Shown: piece after piece, positions 60,374 through 64,000 of the stretch | Position numbering within the stretch: position 1 is the first letter of the stretch | Layout: each line of letters starts with the position of its first letter | Source of the DNA: Candidatus Eiseniibacteriota bacterium | GTDB taxonomy: Bacteria > Eisenbacteria > RBG-16-71-46 > CAVPCR01 | Assembly: GCA_963702435.1 (NCBI GenBank) | Contig: CAVPCR010000001.1 | Location: forward strand, 512,001-576,000 | Direction: 5' to 3' | Length of the DNA: 64,000 nucleotides | Position numbers and translations under genes: made by a program | The notes under the pieces: generated by a model | Told to the model about the DNA's origin: nothing | The model's input: the letters and a program-made list of their open reading frames with translations, nothing else | The model's database searches: none

Positions 60374-60778
60374 TCACCTCGAGAAGAGTCGGCGCACGAA
60401 GTTGACGAGGCGCGACTCGGTCACGAACTCGTAGCCGCAGCGGGGACAGCAGAGGACCGCGCAGCCACCGGCCATGGGACAGCGCGTGCAGGCCATGGTC
60501 TCGCGGGTCGGCGTGAAGCGGTGGCCGCACAGACCGCAGGTGACCGCGGGCACCGCGGGTGCGGCGCCGGGAAGCCCGGCGGGGGACGGAGCCCCGGCGA
60601 GTGACGGATCCCCGGCGGGGGACGGAGCCCCGGCGAGTGACGGGTCCCCGGCGGGTGACGGATCCCCGGCGAGTGACGGAGCCCCGGCGAGTGACGGATC
60701 CCCGGCGGGCGCGGCGGCGCCGCGATCGCCGCCTTCGGCGACGCCGTTGCGCTTACGGAAGCGCACCGGGCTCGTCAT
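60374..60778 (-). CDS. Small Cys-rich protein downstream of feoB (zinc-ribbon or Fe-S binding)
   Basis: Start MTSPVRF overlaps the feoB stop; CGLCGHRF...CTRCPMAGGCAVLCCPRCGYEF. Confidence 0.75.
   Translation of the reverse strand: MTSPVRFRKRNGVAEGGDRGAAAPAGDPSLAGAPSLAGDPSPAGDPSLAGAPSPAGDPSLAGAPSPAGLPGAAPAVPAVTCGLCGHRFTPTRETMACTRCPMAGGCAVLCCPRCGYEFVTESRLVNFVRRLFSR
60575..60709. repeat. 18-bp in-frame tandem repeat (~7.5 copies) encoding AG(D/A)PS(L/P)
   Basis: Unit ccccggcg(a/g)g(t/g)gacgg(a/g)(t/g) repeated head to tail. Confidence 0.9.
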
Positions 60779-62805
60779 GGCGCACCGCCGAAGGTGACGC
60801 CGAACGCGCGGAGCGCGAAGTTCACGGCGCCGCCGGCGAGGAGCGCGAAGGGCAGGATGAAGGCCGTCATCCACAGCGTGGTCCTGAGGCCGCGTTCCTT
60901 GATCATCATGAACCAGTTGGCGATGCACGGAACGAAGAGGGTCATGGTGACGAGCGCGACCACCACCTGCACCGGATCGAGGAGCCCGTCCGCCTGGAGC
61001 TTGAAGAACCCGGCCGCCCCGTAGTCGCGGCGGAGGAAACCCATGATGAAGGCCCGGGCCGCGTCCGCCGGCAGCCCGAGCAGGCCGACCACGACCGGCG
61101 CCGACGCCCGCTCGATCAGGACCAGGAGGGAGAGGCGATCGAGGATGAAGAGGAGGAGCGTACCGACCAGGAAGAGCGGCAGCGCCTCCCTGAGGTACCA
61201 CTCGACGCGCGCCAGGGTCTTGACGACGATGTTCATGAGCTGCGGCCGCCGCATGGGCGGCAGCTCGAGCACGAAGCTCGAGCTCTCGCCAGGGATGACG
61301 CGGGCGGCGAGGAATCCGACGAGGAAGAGGATCGCGACCACGATGCCGCCCCACACCAGCGCGGCGGCGAGGCCGGCCCGCCCGAGCATCCCGAAGATGA
61401 CGCCGAGCTGGGCCGAACAGGGCACGCCGAGGGCGAGGAGGAGCGTGACCAGCACGCGCTCCTTGGGCCGATCGAGGATGCGCGTGGTGAGCGTCGCCAT
61501 GGTGTCGCAGCCGAGGCCGAGCACCATGGGCAGGACCGCTTTCCCGTTGAGCCCCATGCCCTGGAATACGCGATTCACCATGACCGCGAGCCGCGGCAGG
61601 TAGCCCGAGTCCTCGAGCAGCGAGAAGGCGATGAAGAAGGTGAAGACGATGGGCAGCACGATGGCGATGCCGTAGGTCAGCGCCATGGTGATGAGCCCGT
61701 ACTCGCCGACGAGGAGGTCGCGCAGGAAGGGCACCGGGATGAGCGCCGCGAAGCGGGTGGCGGCCGGATTGATCAGGCGCCCGAAGAGACCCTCCTCGAT
61801 CCAGCCCACGAGCGTGCCGGCGCCGAAGACGCCGACGAACTCGTAGAGGACGAAGAGGACCGCAGCGAGGAAGAACACCCCCCACACCGGGTGCATGGCC
61901 CACCCGCCGAGCCGGGCGGCGAATCCCGGCGCCCCGGGCTCGGCTCCGGTCAAGACCCCGGCGAGGAAGAGATCGATGTGCGCGAGCCGCTCGCGATTCA
62001 CGGCGGACGCGACGCCTTCCGGCCAGCGGCGGCGGAGATCCTCGATGATCGAATCGAGCCGCGCGACCGCCTCCGGTGCGAGATGCGCATGCACCCAGCC
62101 GGCGAGCGTCGCGTCGCCGGCGGCGAGCATGAGCGCGAGCGCGCGCCGCCCGCCGCGGCCGGGCGGCAAGAGGCTCTCGATCTCGCTCACGGCGGCCTCG
62201 ATCTCGGCCGAGTAGCGGACCGTGAAACCGGGCACGCGGGCCTGCGGCATGGCGTGGAGAAGCGCCTTCATGCCTTTCTTCCGGGTCGCCACCGTGGGCA
62301 CCACCGGCACCCCGAGGCGCTCCGCGAGGCGATCCACATCGAGCCGGATCCGGCGGCCGCGGAGCTCGTCCATCATGTTGAGGGCGAGGACGACCGGCAC
62401 CTCGAGCTCGGCGAGCTGGAGCGTGATGGCGAGAGCGCGGCGGAGGTTCTTGGCGTCGGCGACCTGCAGGACGAGCGGATCGTCCGCCCCGAGCAGGATG
62501 TCGCGGGTCACCCGCTCGTCCTCCGACATCGGCAGGAGCGTGTTGACCCCCGGCGTGTCGACGACCTCGGCGGCCGGAAAACCGCTCGCCGCCGCGGCGA
62601 CCGGCCGGCCCCGGGATACCTCGACCGTCGTCCCCGGGTAGTTGGAGACGATCACGTAGCGACCGGTCAGGAACCCGAAGAGGACGCTCTTCCCCACGTT
62701 CGGATTGCCGACGAGGAGGAGTGGGCGGCCGGGCGCAGCGCCGGCAGTCCGCTCCGGCACGCGGCCGGCCGCGGCCGGCCGCGGAGCGAGAAGCGTGTCA
62801 GCCAT
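60775..62805 (-). CDS. feoB: Ferrous iron transport protein B
   Basis: GNPNVGKS, NYPGTTV, DTPG, NMMD, EDSGYLPR, LGCDTMA, PCSAQ, ELPP, FVPCIA. Confidence 0.96.
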   Translation of the reverse strand: MADTLLAPRPAAAGRVPERTAGAAPGRPLLLVGNPNVGKSVLFGFLTGRYVIVSNYPGTTVEVSRGRPVAAAASGFPAAEVVDTPGVNTLLPMSEDERVTRDILLGADDPLVLQVADAKNLRRALAITLQLAELEVPVVLALNMMDELRGRRIRLDVDRLAERLGVPVVPTVATRKKGMKALLHAMPQARVPGFTVRYSAEIEAAVSEIESLLPPGRGGRRALALMLAAGDATLAGWVHAHLAPEAVARLDSIIEDLRRRWPEGVASAVNRERLAHIDLFLAGVLTGAEPGAPGFAARLGGWAMHPVWGVFFLAAVLFVLYEFVGVFGAGTLVGWIEEGLFGRLINPAATRFAALIPVPFLRDLLVGEYGLITMALTYGIAIVLPIVFTFFIAFSLLEDSGYLPRLAVMVNRVFQGMGLNGKAVLPMVLGLGCDTMATLTTRILDRPKERVLVTLLLALGVPCSAQLGVIFGMLGRAGLAAALVWGGIVVAILFLVGFLAARVIPGESSSFVLELPPMRRPQLMNIVVKTLARVEWYLREALPLFLVGTLLLFILDRLSLLVLIERASAPVVVGLLGLPADAARAFIMGFLRRDYGAAGFFKLQADGLLDPVQVVVALVTMTLFVPCIANWFMMIKERGLRTTLWMTAFILPFALLAGGAVNFALRAFGVTFGGAP

Positions 62806-63349
62806 GGCGCGGGCGCCTCCCGACCGCGGTGCGCTCGCCCCCGGCGCGCCCGTCGGCGCGCTCGCCCTGAGCGCAGGTCGCGCACAGCCCGAAGATGGTG
62901 AGGCGGTGGGTCACCGCCCGGAAGTCGTGCTCGGCGCAAGCCTCGTCCTGCAGCCGCTCGATCTCGGCGGACACGAACTCGGTCACGTGCCCGCAGGCCG
63001 TGCACACCATGTGATCGTGGTGCTCCCGGCCGTGCATCGGTTCGTAGGAGAAGGAGTCGCTTGCGAATCGCGAGCGGTCGACCAGACCGCATTGCACGAG
63101 GAGATCGAGCGTCCGGTAGACGGTGGCGCGCGAGACCAGGCTCTCCCGCACGCGCAGGTCGAGGTAGAGCTTCTCCGCGTCGAAGTGGTCGCCGGCGGCG
63201 AGGATCGCATCGAGGATCTCGATGCGTTCGCGCGTCATCCGCAGCCCGCGCGTGGCGATGAACTCGCGAAAGCGCGCGGCGAGAGCGCCGTGCTCCGCCA
63301 CGGCATCCGGGAGAGCGCTGATCCGATCCGGGCGAGGCTCCTTGCGCAT
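62798..63349 (-). CDS. fur: Fur family transcriptional regulator
   Basis: GLRMTRER, HFDAE, SRATVYRTL, HHDHMVCTACG, C-terminal CATC. Confidence 0.9.
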   Translation of the reverse strand: MRKEPRPDRISALPDAVAEHGALAARFREFIATRGLRMTRERIEILDAILAAGDHFDAEKLYLDLRVRESLVSRATVYRTLDLLVQCGLVDRSRFASDSFSYEPMHGREHHDHMVCTACGHVTEFVSAEIERLQDEACAEHDFRAVTHRLTIFGLCATCAQGERADGRAGGERTAVGRRPRHG

Positions 63350-63430
63350 GGTGTTCCTCGGGACAGCGGTCCGGGGTGGTGACCTGGGTCCGCGCGCGGC
63401 GCGCGGGTCCTCGGCTGGGGTCCTATTGCT

Positions 63431-63449
63431 ATTACGACTGAATCTCAAT
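63431..63449 (-). promoter_or_regulatory. Putative Fur box
   Basis: ATTGAGATTCAGTCGTAAT, an imperfect 9-1-9 AT-rich palindrome just downstream of the -10 element. Confidence 0.6.
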
Positions 63450-63452
63450 AAC

Positions 63453-63481
63453 AGATTAGCGCGTCCTCCGGAGCGGCGCAA
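63453..63481 (-). promoter_or_regulatory. Sigma70 promoter of the fur-feoB operon
   Basis: TTGCGC-N17-TAATCT on the minus strand. Confidence 0.55.
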
Positions 63482-63555
63482 GCGTCTTTCACGGACTTGT
63501 TCATGGGAAAGCCCGAGCCGGACATCAGATCTTTATCCTGTTGTTAATAAATACT

Positions 63556-64000
63556 TTATGTCAATCCGTCGCGTGCCGCACGGAGGTCCTCCGGCCGGTT
63601 GAGGTTCGTGAAGCCCCGCTCCACCTCGTCGGCAGGGCCCAGGACCGATGCCGGAACGAGGCGGGCCCCCGCGATCGCCAGGAGATCGGTCATCCGCCGC
63701 GACCCGGCAGCCAGGGAGCGAAGCGCGTACGGCGCGACCGCTCGCCCGTAGAGGCCGACGAGAGGTTCGCGCCGCGCGCCGGGGAGAAGAGGCATCGCGG
63801 CCGGCGCCTCGGCCGCTGCGAAGATGAAGCGCGCGAGGTGGATGGGCTCGAGGTGCGGCAGGTCGCACGCGACGAGGAGGACCCGCGGCGCCACCTGCAG
63901 GGCCGCCAGGAGTCCGGCGAGCGGGCCCTGTCCGGCGAGACCCGGAGGATCGGGTAACCACGGCCGGCCCAACCGCTCGTAGCCGCGACCCGACCCGCCG
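63556..64000 (-). CDS. mobA: Molybdenum cofactor guanylyltransferase, 3' part (starts beyond window end)
   Basis: GPLAGLLAAL, LVACDLP, EPLVGLY, FTNLNRPEDL. Confidence 0.88.
   Translation of the reverse strand, partial: GGSGRGYERLGRPWLPDPPGLAGQGPLAGLLAALQVAPRVLLVACDLPHLEPIHLARFIFAAAEAPAAMPLLPGARREPLVGLYGRAVAPYALRSLAAGSRRMTDLLAIAGARLVPASVLGPADEVERGFTNLNRPEDLRAARDGLT

Overview
Very GC-rich chromosomal window, almost all genes on the minus strand, from a diderm bacterium. PorV-like barrels and several FlgD-Ig/T9SS-like C-terminal domains suggest an FCB-related lineage such as Ca. Eisenbacteria (inference). Left to right: (1) lamin-tail and vWA membrane proteins; (2) a tightly coupled four-gene operon: ~2,200-aa Ig-repeat surface protein with FlgD-Ig CTD, PorV/PorQ-like barrel with TPR tail, a membrane protein fusing RsbW-like kinase, sensor, HAMP, PP2C and transposase-like HTH, then a STAS protein; (3) GT-C/TPR, DUF4388, CDP-alcohol transferase and GT2 genes, a heavily frameshifted ppdK, asparaginase II and an aldehyde dehydrogenase; (4) GT-C/GT2 genes downstream of paralogous lipoproteins and FlgD-CTD proteins; (5) housekeeping genes (PPIase, ECF-type ATPase, larC/larB, S41 protease, tmk, ino1 plus PIP synthase, rsmI, nadE with a deleted nitrilase partner, ltaE, HU, YbbR/CdaR); (6) a candidate ~130-nt stand-alone structured ncRNA; (7) a Fur-box-preceded iron operon (fur, feoB, Cys-rich protein, DtxR-FeoA, porin, FMN-binding protein, membrane domain fused to ApbE) and partial mobA. 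No tRNA, rRNA, CRISPR array or intact mobile element was seen. All calls come from motif recognition by eye; no database search was run.
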